This document shows, piece after piece, positions 1-12,987 of a stretch of DNA of 64,000 bases; within the stretch, counting starts at the first letter, position 1; each line of letters begins with the position of its first letter. This DNA comes from Chiloscyllium plagiosum (Eukaryota), in contig NC_057749.1 in the NCBI RefSeq assembly GCF_004010195.1, positions 9,027,787 through 9,091,786 of the forward strand, in the 5' to 3' direction. Below the pieces are notes generated by a model. The model was not told the origin of the DNA. It saw only the letters and a list, made by a program, of their open reading frames with translations, and made no database searches. Made by a program: the position numbers and the translations under genes.

Positions 1-639
1 TTAGATGTAAGTTTCTTTTGGTTTCTTCATTAAATTAGTGAATAAAATGAAAACATTTACAGCAACTTTAAGGTAGAAAATTACATGGGGAAACACTTTA
101 TGGAAAACACATCCAGAAAAAATGGGTGCCAAGAGCAAATAAGGAGATGAGGGTTGGTCAGAGAATAGATTTAAGGATGGCCCTAAAGGCAATGGAGAGG
201 GTTGAGGGGAAAATCCATATCCACAAAGCCTAGGCAAAAAAAGGCAAGGGCATTAAAGATAGGGTAAAAGAAAACCTGAAGAGGTAGTGTTTGGAGGGAT
301 GGTGGGAAGGCTACAGAAATAAGGAGGTTTGAGTTTGGAAGGGAATATGCAAGACTGGAAATTTTACAGTGAAGGTGTCAGGAAAATGGGGGTTGATACA
401 GGCTGGTGTGGAAGGGGTGGGGTGGTGGGGTGGTGGGGTGACAAGTGAGCGGACATTGGTCCAGACAAGACTGTGAACAGCAGAAATGGAATGGACAAAA
501 CTTGGAGAGAGACTGGGGATAATGCCCAAGCCCCACTGAGTTGATTCTGCAATCAGCAGCAAGGTGGACTGTCAGACATGACAGGGGGAGACAATGGCCT
601 GGTAGTATTATTCCCTCGTGGACGGGTAGAGATAAGGTG

Positions 640-940
640 AATGGCGGGTGTCTTTTCACAAGGGTAGGGAATTTCGAGATTTCAAGACCAGGGGGCATAC
701 TTTTAAGGTGAAAGGAGAAAGATTTTAAGAAGACATGGGGGCAATTTATTTTATACATAGAGTGATTCATATGTGAAATGTACTTCCAGAGGAAGTGCGG
801 ATGCAGGTGCAATTGTAATATTAAAAGACATTTAGGTAAGCACATGAATTAGAATTGTTTGGAGGGATATGGGCCTAGGCTGGACTAGTTTAGTTTGGGA
901 TTATGGTTGGCATGAACTGGTTCCATGCTCTATGACTCTA
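640..940 (+). mobile_element. CR1 LINE 3' fragment
   Basis: CR1 3'-end sequence (fragments of TRGH..FTQRVV..WN.LP) ending in ctatgactcta. Confidence 0.75.
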
Positions 941-1864
941 GATTGTAATTCTCCTGGCTATTGTAAGAGCATAGGAACAGGAGGCCATTCAGCCCCTCAA
1001 GCCTCTTCTGCCATTCAATGATTGGGTCTGGATGAAACTCCTCAGTAGATATTCCCGCAGCTTGAAGAGAATAGCAATTGGATTTACTGAGTATTGGATG
1101 CACATGATTAGATGTGACAACTTCAGTTTTACTGATATGTATAAATTCATTATGATAGGAAAGCATGCAAATTGGTGGCTTAGGAAGGAGTTTGGTCAGC
1201 TCAGATGGGTGGTTTGCAATGCAGAGTGACGCCAAGAATATGGGTTCAATTCCCACCACCGGCTGAGGTTAAAGTGAAGGACCCATCTTCTCAACCTCTC
1301 TCCTTCCCTGAGGCAAGGTGGTCCTCAGGTTAAACCACCACTAGTCGTCTCTGTCTAATGAAATGGCAGGCACCTTTGTACAAAGAGTGTAAAATCCAAA
1401 ATCTAAATAAATTTCAAAAAGGTAACCAATTATTATTTACATGGGAGAATCCAATGTTGAAATTTTACCCATTACAGATCCAAGAATCTAACAGAGAGGA
1501 AAGAATCTCCAACGAACATTCAGCAGATCCCTGAAAATGTGAGGAATCGCTCAATTCTGAATAAATCTTAAGGGAATAACTCCAAATTATTCAAGTTATT
1601 TTGTGACATTTAGCATGGATTTTTTTGGTGTTGTATTACTAATTAAATACTTAGTGCATAAAATTAATCAACAATCAAATTAATAAAATTGACAGTGCGA
1701 TTGTACTGGGGAGGGTAACAGAGGAGATTTCCCAGGATGCTGCCTGGGTTGGCGGGTCTCAGATTGACGATTGGATAGACTAGGGTTGTTGTCCTTGGAA
1801 GGCAAACAGAGATGTTTAAAGCTATGACAGACACAGATAGAATGGTTAGGAAGTTACATTTTCT

Positions 1865-2066
1865 GGGCGGCACGGTGGCACAGTGGTTAGCACTGCTGCC
1901 TCACAGCGCCAGAGACCTGGGTTCAATTCCCGCCTCAGGCGACTGATTGTGTGGAGTTTTAGTGTTAGGGGTAAATGTAAGGGTATGGGTGGGTTGCGGG
2001 TCGGTGTGGACTTGTTGGGCCGAAGGGCCTGTTTCCACACTGTAATGTAATCTAATCTAATCTAAT
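1865..2066 (+). mobile_element. HE1-type tRNA-derived V-SINE (internally deleted)
   Basis: Head ggcggcacggtggcacagtggttagcactgctgcc..gggttcaattcc (A/B boxes); (aatct)n tail. Confidence 0.85.
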
Positions 2067-2649
2067 TTTCCACATGGAGGTAGTCAATAACTAGAGAGCA
2101 TTGATTTAAGTCAAAAGGCAGAGGTTAAGAGGAGAGTTGAGAAGTCATTTTGTCACTCACACGGTATCAGGAGACTGGAAAGCCCCTTTTTCCACTAGTA
2201 GAGGGGTAAATACAGAGGCATAGACTTATGGTGAGAGGTAGAAGACATATTGAAGAGATTTTTCACGTATGAGGAGGTGTGAGTCTGGAACTCACTGCTT
2301 GAAAGGGTGGTTGAAGCAGAAATTCTTGCGACATTGAAGCAGTATTTGGATTGGCATAACCTCTAGGGCTATTGGCCAAAAGCTATAAAATGTGATTAGT
2401 GTAATCAGACCGACACTATCCGTCCGAATGTCCGTTCTCCTTCTGTCCTGTAAACATCCATGAGCTATAAAAGGTGATGTGCAAAATAATCTTTCAAGCC
2501 ACAGAAACATGGTGAAAATTAAGCTTATTTTACAGATCTTTTACCAATATTAACATTCCCTTTATCTTTTGCTCTGGGCACCATCACAATCTGTTCCTCC
2601 TCCCTCTCTCTGTCAAAAGCGTAAAAAGCGTAATTTTCCAGCTCATTTT

Positions 2650-3140
2650 ATAGAGACATAGAGTCATAAAGATGTACAGCATGGAAACAGACCTTCCGTC
2701 CAACTCATCCATGCCAACCCAATCTAGTCCCACCTGCCAGCACGTGACCCATATCCCTCCAAACCCTTCCTATCCATATACCCATCCAGATGCCTTTTAA
2801 ATATTGCAATTGTACCAGCTTCCATCACTTCCTTTGGCAGCTCATTCCATACATGTACCACCCTCTGCATGGAAAAGTTGCCCCTTAGGTCTCTTTTATA
2901 TCTTTCCCCTCTCACCCTAAACCTATGCCCTCTAGTTCTGGACTCCCCAACCCCAGGGAAAGGACTTTGTCTATTTATCCTATCCATTCCCCTCATAATT
3001 TTGTAAACCTCTATAAGGTCACCCCTCAGCCTCCAACACTCCAAGGAAAACAGCCCCAGCCTGTTTAGCCTCTCCCTGTAGCTCAAATCCTGCAACCCTG
3101 GCAACATCCTTATAAATCTTTTCTGAACCCTTTCAAGTTA
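2650..3140 (-). mobile_element. CR1 (HER1-like) LINE 3' fragment
   Basis: ORF 2724-3107 LNRLGLFSLE..RLRGDLIEVYKIM..TRGHRF..WNELP. Confidence 0.9.
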
Positions 3141-4007
3141 CTTCCACTGGGGAGTCATATTGGACTCAAAGCGTTAACTTTCTTTCTGTTTCCACAGATG
3201 ACCAGCTGAACTTCTCCTGCACTTTCTGGTTTTATTTCAGATTTCCAGCATCCTCAATATTTTGGTTTTATTCCAGTATCGTACTTTTAGTGCAAAAGTC
3301 ATTGTAAGAAAACCCAGGACGTTGCACGTAATTTTTGTCAGCATCTTGATATTGTTGCAAAGAGGGCTGAATGTGTTATGCTTGCAAGCAACACGTAGAC
3401 TTTGTCGAAAACTGTGTTTGCTAAACGTTTTGCTAAAAAGCAGCTTTGGAACTTGGTTTCACCATCGCAATCCCTTTGGAACTTGATTTCGCCATCTCAA
3501 TCCCTTGTGCTTTCTTTGAACCTTATTTCTCGGACAGAGCGGGGGGAAATTTCTGGATGGAATTTCAGAGCTTAGAGCCCAGGTTGCTAAAAATAATGCC
3601 AAAGGCGGCATTATTAAAATTGTTAATGATGGGGTGCTTGGAATTGGACGAGACATCTTCTTACAGTTCAGGATTACACATTTCAAAATTAGCTCTAACC
3701 TGCGATCTCCTCCAGGCATATAATCCTCCAGAGTATCTGCAGTTCTCCCAGTCTGGTCTCCCGTCCTGCTCTAACTTGTCAATGGGGAGTGTGTTGTCAC
3801 CTATCTGGGCCCAAAGCGCTACAATTCCATCCCTAAACCTCTCCACCCGTCTAACTCTCTCTTCTTCCTTTATGACACTCGATAAAGCTGACCTCCAGGC
3901 TTTAAGTTCCTGGTTGTCGGGCTGTAATGTGTCAAGACATTGTTTGCTGACATTCCACTGCAGCACTCCCTGTCCCTTTCCCCGCTGTGAGCCTCCTGTC
4001 AGGGCTT

Positions 4008-4327
4008 ATCACAGAATCCATATGCCACGGAAGCAGGCCATTCAGCCCATTGGCTGCACACTGACCTTCTGAGGAGCATCCCGCCCAGACCCATTCCACC
4101 ACCCTCCCCGACCCGATAACTGCATTTCCCATGGCTAACACACCTAGCCTGCACATTCCTGCATGCTATAGGCAATTTCCCATGGCCAACCCACCCTAAC
4201 CTCCACATCTTTGGACTGTGGGAGGAAACCGGAGCACCCGGAGAAAACGCACACAGACACGGGGGTGGAATCGAACCTGGTTCCCTGGCAATGTGTGGCA
4301 AGAGTGCTACCCACTGAGCCACCGTTC
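4008..4327 (-). mobile_element. HE1-type SINE
   Basis: Reverse complement of the same head and body. Confidence 0.85.
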
Positions 4328-5294
4328 CGTCTTGTGGAATATATTTTGTCGCAGCCCTTTGGAGAGCGATGGGGAAGATGGAGAACGGAAATCAAAGCAG
4401 GTAGGGAGGGGGTTAGTGTTGGCCATTGCTGATGTGGAGCCCAGGACCCCAGAATATCAGATTGTGATCCAACTTCGAGAATCCCTGCATGACAGTGAAG
4501 CACCTTGAAACAGTTTACTGTGTTAAATGTGCTGACAGAATTGCAAAGGTAAAATCACCATGGCCTTACCAGACCATTGGGCTACTCTGTCATTCAAGAG
4601 TAAGAGACGACTGGTGGTGGTTTAATCTGAGGGTCGCCAAGCCTCAGGGCGAGGGCAGACGTCAAGAAAGAAGGTCCTTCATGGTAACTTCAGCTGGTTT
4701 GGGCAATTCAACCCATCTGTGCATCACAAACCAACCGTCCAAGCTAACCCACCCCAATGTAATTGCAACATGAGTCAAAGGCCAGGACTAGACCAGCATA
4801 TCGAGGAGTACATTTAGGCCATTTGGCCCATCGGGTTTGGTCTGCCATTCAAATATGGCTTATATATTTCTCAACCCCATCCTCCAGCCTTCTTTCTATA
4901 ACCTTTGATCCCCTTACCAATCAAGAACCTATCTATCTCCATCTTAAATGCACTCAATGACTTGACCACCACAGCCCTCTGTAGCGAGGAGTTCCACAGA
5001 TTCACCACCCTCTGGTTAAAGAAATTCCTCCTCATCTCAGTTCTAAAGGGTCATCCCTTCACTCTGAGGCTGTGCCCTCGGGTCCTGGTCTCTCCTATTG
5101 GTAGAAAGGTCTTCCCCGTGGTCCACTCTATCCGGGCCTCTCAACAAAGTTGTTTCCAGTATTGGCGGATGCAGTAAAGGTTCCTTTTGAAATATGTGAA
5201 GCGCTTGGGATGCCTATGTTGCCATTTCTGTGTTGCCTAGCGCTGTCGTGTGAGCTATCTTTTGCGGTGCATTAACATCTCGCTCTTGACTCAG

Positions 5295-6208
5295 TGCCTC
5301 TGCAGGTCCTCCTTGGAGTGGGTCTGGCCTTTCTCTGCTTCTGCCTGACGCTTGGCTGCACCCTCTGCTGGCGGAAAAGGAAACGTCGGGGCGTCCCCTT
5401 TGGCAAGGACCCAGCCTCCGAGCGGATCATCATGGACCCCAGCTCGCCTCTGCCAGGGGGCGCCAGTACGCCCATCAAGCAGCAGTACGAGGAGGTGCGC
5501 GGCTTGGTGCTGGACTATCCTACGGGCATCGTGACCTCTCTACCTGACAGAGAGCCCGATCCCGACTACAAGCACAACCCCCACGGCAGAGCGTCGCTGC
5601 CCTTTATCCCCGTCGTGCCGAGAGCCAGCCTGGCCGGCCGAACCAAGAGGATCCTGGAGAGGCGCTGCACCGTCTCGGGTGACTGCTCCGTCTACAACGA
5701 GCACGGCGCCCACCCGAACCCGGGCGCCAGGCCCTCGGTCCCTAGCCTGATGGGCACCAACTCCCTCACTGCAGCGCCCGACGACACAGTGGGCGCCAAG
5801 TCCAAGCCGAGACCCGTCCTGCGTTTCACGCTCTTCTACTTGCCGCGCGAGCTCACCTTGACGGTGACCGTTCTGGGCGTCTCTGGCCTGCCCAAGAAAC
5901 TCGGCAGTGGCTGCGACTCCTACGTGAAGGTCTACCTGCTGCCCAGGTTCATGGAGCCGCGGCAAACCAGCATCTGCAGGAAGAGCCTGAACCCCGAGTT
6001 CCGGGAGAGCTTTCAGTTCTCGGGCTATACCCTTGAGGAGATAAAGTGCTTCACGCTCCGCTTCACCGCCTACGTCAAGGAGTTCCACAACCTGAAGGAC
6101 ACCTTCGTTGGCGAGGTGCTGTTTGCCTGTGAGCAGGGTGACTGGCAGCCCCATTCACCCTCGGCTTATACAAGAGAGCTCACCACCACCAAGACAAAGC
6201 TCAAAAAG
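5295..6208 (+). CDS. Synaptotagmin-family gene, large coding exon (TM helix + linker + complete C2A domain)
   Basis: ORF 5294-6229: hydrophobic VLLGVGLAFLCFCLTLGCTLCW, then basic RKRKRR; C2 motifs DSYVKVYLLP, KSLNPEFRESFQF, DTFVGEV. Acceptor ...ttgactcag|TG (AG 5293-5294); donor AAG|gtaaga after 6208 (phase 0). In-frame TAA at 5273, so an upstream start exon is needed (not found). Confidence 0.93.
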
Positions 6209-6279
6209 GTAAGAGGCTGGCGGGGCTAGGTTTTCAGGCTAACTCTTGAACGTCTGGGTGGAAGATCTCTGCTGTTTTC

Positions 6280-6605
6280 ATAGAGTCATAGAGATGTACA
6301 GCATGTAAATAGACCCTTCGGTCCAACCCGTCCATGCCAACCAGATATCCCAACCCAATCTAGTCCCACCTGCCAGCACCCAGTCCATATTCCTCCAAAC
6401 CCTTCCTATTCATATATCCATCCAGATGCCTCTTAAATGTTGCAATTGTACCAGCCTCCACCACTTCCTCTGGCAACTCATTCCATACACGGACCACCCT
6501 TTGCGTGAAAAAGTTGCCCCTTAGATTTCTTTTATATCTTTCTCCTCTCACCCTAAATCTATGCCCTCTAGTTCTGGACTCCTCAGCTCCAAAGAAAAGA
6601 CTTGG
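6280..6605 (-). mobile_element. CR1 LINE 3' fragment
   Basis: SRTRGHRFRVRGERYK..FFTQRVVRVWNELP; tail catagagtcatagag. Confidence 0.9.
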
Positions 6606-9512
6606 GAGTGAGATACAAACTATCAATGTGCAAACCAGAGAGGTGGTGATGCTAGTCCCAAGTGAGTCCTGATGGTAGTGTCCGGACCTCTGAATCAGGA
6701 GGCTCAGGTTCAAGTTCCACCTGCTCCCGACCTCTCTATACAGGCTGATTGGTAAATATACCACAGACTGTGCATACAGCCCATCCCCTTTTTATATCTA
6801 ACCTTTCAGTTTACAACTAGAGCTCAATTGGAGCTAGCATTATTATCTCTCTGGTCAGCATGTTGTGAGGTCACATTCCACTTGAGTCTCTCTTCTCCGT
6901 TGATGTTCTCCATACTGTACCAAGAGAATGCCGCACTGTCAGAGGTGATATTTTCAGAATAAGACATTAGAATGAACCATCTGTCCTTCATCTCAAATAA
7001 AAGACCCCCTCCCCTAGCTTGAAGGATCATAGGAACGTTCTCCCCATTGTCCTAATTAGTGTTCCTCAAGAGTCACTTGGTAAAACAGGACTTGAAGGTT
7101 ACTGAAAAGTGAGACTTGTTTAAATATTTCATTTCCAATCATCAGGACAATTGCAAGAATGCCAAATTCTAAACAATCCCAACAATTAGTATTACAGGAG
7201 AAAACAGTGGTGTTTGGTTGATAATATGTGTGTACAGTTTTCACCAGCAATTTTATGATGTTGCAACAGAAGTTGACCACATTAAGCTTGCAAGTTACCC
7301 TTGTCCAACTTTAATAAGCCAAGGCATTGCCATGGAGAATGTAGCAAGGGACTGTCGCCTCACTGACTTCCTGCTGATTGATAAAAGGCACAAGGTGTGA
7401 TCATATTCCTTTTGTTTATGGAGAACAGTGCCTACTATAATGTCACTTCCAGGAAGCATAAATGAGCCACATCACAATACTAGGGTACAGGGAAGGGCAC
7501 CCTGTCTGCCCTCTGCAGTACGAGTATAGGTAACAGAGAACAATTCTCACTTACACCATTTTCCAAATGATAAGTACCTGACCAGCATTTAATAGGAGCA
7601 TAATGGGCTGCACCTTGAGAAAATGAAAGTCAAGACATGATCAGTGAGATGTTTTATGAGGATTTATAAAACCTACCCATCTCTTGACAGAGTTCAAAAT
7701 GAGTTCCTAACAGTAGAGGAGCAAGTAGAACAGTAGTGGAGGGCTCTGAGGAAGAATTCTGCACCAAGGATTTGTCATTAATACTCTGAGAAAGAACAAC
7801 TTTGGCTTTTTTGATCTCAGGATGTCCTCAAGCACTTTACAAACAATTAAGTACTTTTGGAGGCATCATTATTGTTGTTGGAACAAACGATAAGAAATAG
7901 GAACAGGAGTAGGCCATTTTGGCCCCTCCAGCCATTCAGTAGAATTATGGCTAATCCGATATACCTCAATCCACTTTCCTGCCCTTTCCCTGTAACCCTT
8001 GATTCCTCAACTGATCAAGATTTTTCCATCTCAGCCTTAAATATACACAAGGACTCTGCCCCCACAGCTCTCGGTGGCAAAGAGTTCCAAAAACTCTCTG
8101 AGAGAAGAAATTCCTCCTCATCTCAGTCTTAAATTGGCGCCCCTTAATCTGAGACTATACCCTCAGCTCTTAAACTTTCCCATTTGGGTTAGGGTTAGCA
8201 TTTACCTCTCAGCATTGACCCTGACAAGCCCTTGAGAGTCTGATATGCTTTAATGAGGTCACCTCTCATTTGCCTAAACTCCAGTGAGTAGAACCCCAAC
8301 CTATTTACCTTTGCTCAAAAGACAATACCTCCTCAGTCAAGGGATGATCCTAGAGAACCTTCTTTGAACTGCTGCCAATGGAAGAATATCTTTGCATTCA
8401 ACAATGCAAGAAAAGCCTATTTGTGCACAGCAAGCTCCCACAAACAGCAATGTGATAATGCCAGCTGAACCACGTTAAATATTGAGATGCTCCATCTTAA
8501 ACTGTATCATGAAATTGTTTAGGTTTGATGTTAGACCAGACACAGAGTCATGTTTCATCTGAGCAATGGGACCCTGAAAGTCCAGCACTCAGGCAGTTCT
8601 GCACTCCCTCAGCGCCGCACTAAAGGGCCCGTTTCTTCCAACAGGAACCTCAACTTTTCACCTCGGAGATGAGAGAGCTAACCCCTGAGCCACGTCTGAA
8701 AGCTGCCGAAGCTTAGCAAGAACTGTGTTTGCAGAAGCCATCTTAGAGGAAAACAAACCAAGGTTGTAAGAATGAAAGTGAGAGAGCAAACAACTTTCAA
8801 ATTGACAGATAGGCAGAAGGGCCAATTCTCTGATTAAATGACTCTAAGACCATAAGATGTGGGAGAAAAGTAGGCCATTCAGCCCATCAAGTCTGCCATT
8901 CAATAAGATCATGGCTGCTCTGATAATCCTCACTCCTTCCTGCTCCCCACAGCCCCAATTCCCTTACTGTTTAAAAAACTGTCTATGTCCGCATGAATAT
9001 ATTTAATGTCTCAGTCTCAACAGTTCTCTGCAATGAAGAATTCCACAGATTTACCGTCCTCTGAGAGAAGGAATTCCTCCTCATCTCTGTCTTAAATGGG
9101 TGACCCTTTATTCGACCCTCTAGTCATAGACTCCCACACAAGGGGAAGCAACTGCTCTGGATCTACCGTACAAGTCCCCTATGCTTCAATAAGGTCACCT
9201 CTCATTCTTCTGTACTCCAATCAATACAGGCCCAACCTACTCAACATCATAAAGCAGCCGCTCCGTACCTGATGTCAACCCAGGAACCTTTCCTGGACAG
9301 CCTCCATTAGCCCCCAACAAAGAGAGAAGGCTTTCCGAGGAACTCCCATTGGGAGACCCTCAGGCTGGAGCTCATCATCCATTTTAAACAGACCAGGAGC
9401 CAGCAATGCTCAAACGGGGAATCAGTCTGATGGCCCCAAGTTATAGAATGGACCTTAGGAAAGAATTGTTTCAATGTATATTCTGTTATTGGTCACGAGG
9501 TCTAATAATGTT

Positions 9513-10272
9513 TGTGTTCCACGAGCTGGGAAGTTGATTTGCAGATGTTCTGTCCCCCGTCTAGGTGACATCTTCAGGGCCTCCTGTGAAGTGCTACGTC
9601 TTCTGGAATTTATTTGGTTCCATTCCTGCTGCCTCTGGTTACTAGTTCCGGTTCATCGTTGTAGTGACCGGTCCAGACCTATGCGTTTGTTGTTCGAGTC
9701 CATGGTGAGTACCATGCTTCTAGGAATTCTCTGACGGAACTCTGTTTAGCTTGTCCAATGATCATTGTGTTGCCCCAGTCGAATTTGTGGTCCCACTCAT
9801 CTGTGTGTGTGGCTACTAGGGACAGCTGGTTGTGGCGGTTAGTGGCTAGTTGGTGTTCATGGATGTGGATTGCTAGTTGTCTGCCTGTTTGTCCTATATA
9901 ATGTAGCCACACACACAGATGACAGGGACGACAAATTTGACTGGGACAACACAATGATCATAGGAAAAGCTAAACAGAGGACAACCCAGAGAATTTCTAG
10001 AAGCATGGTACTCAGCCACGGACTCGATCAACAAACACAACAACCTGGACCCAATACACTGGCTACTACAACGACAAACCGGAACCAGGCAGGAACGGAA
10101 CCAAATAAATTCCAGAAGACACAGTACAGCAGCGCTTCACAGGAGGCTCCAAAGCCCTGAAGATGTCACCGAGACAGGGGGAAGGTCTGCAAATCAACGT
10201 CCCAGCTCGGGGAACACACCCACAACCACGGCAGCCAACGCCCGAGCTACAAATCTTTACACAAACCTTGAA
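9513..10272. mobile_element. Penelope-like element remnant (GIY-YIG endonuclease + 3' end) in inverted arrangement
   Basis: Minus-strand YIGQTGRQLAIHIHEHQLAT..HKFDW..REFLEAWYS; the same region recurs on the + strand from 9903. Confidence 0.85.
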
Positions 10273-10409
10273 CAAGGTGTCATTTCCAGTCACCCAGGAA
10301 CACCAACATCGAATCCATGTGTTCAACATACTGATTCATCAAACCCCACCAAACAATCTTACATCAAAAATAACTTGTATTTCAAGAAGATAGTAAAATT
10401 CCTTCATGC

Positions 10410-11005
10410 TGTGAGCCTTGAGTATAGGAGTTGGGAAGTCATGTTGAGGTCGTACGCAACATTACTTCTTCTGAAACACTACCTCCAGTTCTGGTCGCCC
10501 AGTTATAGGAAGGATATTATTAAACTGGAGATAGTTTGGAAGAGATTTAGCAGGTTATTGCTGGGTATGGAAGGTTTGAATTACAAAGGAAGGCTGGATA
10601 GGCTGGGACTTTTTTTCACTGGGGCACAGACGGTCGAGAGGTGACCTTGTAGACGTATATAATATAGTGAGCAGTAAAGATAGAGTTAATAGTTGTTGTC
10701 TTTTCCCGAGGACGGGGGGATTTCAAGACTAGGGGGGCATTGTTAAGATGAGAGGAGAGAGGTTTAAAAAGATATGAGGAGCAAAATTTTTACACAGAAG
10801 TGGTTTGTGTGTGGAATGAACTTCCTGCAGAAGCAGTGGATTTGGGTCTATTTACAAAATTTAAAAGACATTTGGATAAGTATGGATAGGAAAGGTTAGG
10901 AAGGATATGGGCCTGGAGTGGGCAGGTGGGACTAGTTTAGTGTGGGATTATGTTCGGCATTGATTAGTTGGACCCAAGGGTCTGTATCTGTGTTGTTTGA
11001 CTCTG
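10410..11005 (+). mobile_element. CR1 LINE 3' fragment
   Basis: LEYRSWEVML..QFWSPSYRKDI..RLGLF, followed by the CR1 3' UTR. Confidence 0.85.
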
Positions 11006-11555
11006 AGTGGCATCAAACAATGTTTGACATGGAGATACGCAAGGCAATTTTGGAAGAGGATTTAAAAGTTCAGTCCAAGACGTCAGTCTTAAGGAGGTAA
11101 GAGTGAAGTTTACTGAGGGAATCCAGGGCTAAAGACCCCAAACAGCTGAAGGCATGGCCATCAATAGTGGAGCGATGACAGTTTTTAATAGAAATATTTG
11201 CTTATGGAATGTGGGCTGCAAAGCCAACATTTGACGTCCATCCTTATTTACCCTTGAACTGATACACTTGCTGAGCCATTTCAGAGGGCATTTAAGAATC
11301 AAATAATTTGCTATAGGCCTAGAGTCTCACTTTGGCCAGACTAGGTAAATTCAGTAGATTTCCTTCCCCAAAGGAGAGAGTGTTTTTGTAACAATTAGCT
11401 GGGGTTACACGCTGACAATTGGACTGCCCAATTTTTTCTTGAAATTCCATTTAGTTCCAGATTTTTATTAATTTAGAATTTGACCATCTGCCATGATGGG
11501 ATTCAAGACTACAGTCCCAGATTGTTAATCGAGTGTCATCACCACTACCATTACG

Positions 11556-11726
11556 TAACCCTAGCCCTAACCTTAAACACAACGCTAACCCTAAAAACAA
11601 TCCTAACCCTAACCCTCAACACAATCCTAACCCTAACCCTAAACATAATCCTAACAATAACCCTAACAAACCTAATCTTAACTCTAACCTTAACCCTAAC
11701 TCTAACTCTAACCCTAACCCTAACCC
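11556..11726. repeat. Degenerate interstitial telomere-like (CCCTAA)n tract
   Basis: Runs of ccctaa/cttaa/ctctaa with aacac/aatcct variants. Confidence 0.85.
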
Positions 11727-12644
11727 AGACCCTGCAGGAATTGGCAAAGGGACAAGACCAAGGAAAGATTTGAACACCAGCTGAACAACATAAAAACTAA
11801 GTTTTCAACTGCCTATAATTTGCAGTTAAGTTACATGCTTGTCATTGATACCCTTGTTGACTGTGTTTGCAAGCAAACATTTAATGTTTATTTAAGCCAC
11901 ATTGTTCCCTTATTACATGCCACTCCACTGGGGCAAACAGGATCATAAGTGCGAACATAACATGAATTATTAGCCTCTGACCGGATATTTTTGGAAAGCA
12001 CACACGTTATCTTTTATCAATTGACCTGAGTCATGCAGGCAGCAGTAAGTTGATAACAAGAAACATTATTTCTCATTTGTGACGCACTTGATTTGAACCC
12101 TGGTTGTGTTCCAGTTCTGCTTCAACGCATTTGAATGGTCATTTATCTACGTTAATGTTGGAACTTATCAAAGTGATGGGCAAAGCAATACTTGTTTTCC
12201 GGCACTCGGTGTCAATCTGAAGTATTGTTATTGTCTTCGCTACAGCATGGTCCAGGAAAGAGTTGAGTTTCCTGTATTCCACTGCAGCTATACCGACCTC
12301 AATACTGGATTATTACTCAGATTTTCTGCTTCCTCCATCAGCCGCCCTTCAGTCGCTAAGATTGTGGATTTTCAGATTAAATTAGACAAGGTTTCGTTCA
12401 TGTTTTAGGTTCAGGCCTTCTCGGCTCTGAATTGAAATTGAAGTAACATGTGGCATTGGCATTTATTGCCCACACGGGAATAGTTGCCTCTGTGCCTTTG
12501 TCCCTCTTGGTGCTACAGGTCACGGGATTGGAAGGTCCAGTCACAGGGGTTTTGATAAGTTGTAGCAGTGTGGCGTCTATATGGCACACACTGGAGCCAG
12601 AGTACCAAAATATGTGTTGATCCTGGAAAGAGTTTGAGTAGGGG

Positions 12645-12960
12645 GAAGTAATGGCCTAGTGGCATTATCACTAGATTATTAATCCAGAGACTCAGGTAAT
12701 GCCCTGGGGACCTGGGTTCGAATCCCACCACAGCAGAGGGTAGGATTTGAATTCAATAAGCATCTGGAGTTAGGAGTCTAATGATGACCATGAATCAATT
12801 GTCAGGAAAAACCCATCTGATTCATTACTGCCCTTTAGGGAGGGAAACTGCTATCCTTACCTGGTCTGGCCTAGATGTGACTCCAGATCCACAGCAATAT
12901 GGTTGACTCTTAACTGCCCTCTGGGCAATTAGGGATGGGCAATAAATGCTGGCCTGGCCC
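12645..12960 (+). mobile_element. Second tRNA-derived SINE family (other copies near 11200-11550, 23550-23850, 26175-26430, 32075-32600, 54040-54375, 56625-56945, 58845-59182)
   Basis: Head tggcctagtgg..ggacctgggttcgaatccc; body cctggtctggcctacatgtgactccagacccacagcaa; tail gggcaataaatgctggcc. Confidence 0.75.
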
Positions 12961-12987
12961 ATTAATGTATAATTTTAAAAAACTTCT

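Noticed and set aside
1865..1940. tRNA-like A/B box sequences (here and at other SINE heads)
   Set aside because: They are SINE heads continuing into SINE bodies, not tRNA genes.
3446..4072. 208-aa ORF
   Set aside because: No recognisable domain, runs through decayed repeat sequence into a SINE, and has no splice site in phase with the synaptotagmin exon.
4368..4405. ATG...AG|gtaggg as first synaptotagmin exon
   Set aside because: Ends in phase 2, incompatible with either candidate acceptor.
5540..6154. 204-aa antisense ORF
   Set aside because: Shadow of the GC-rich synaptotagmin exon on the opposite strand.
11480..11784. LT- and NP-repeat ORFs
   Set aside because: Translation of the telomere-like hexamer repeat.
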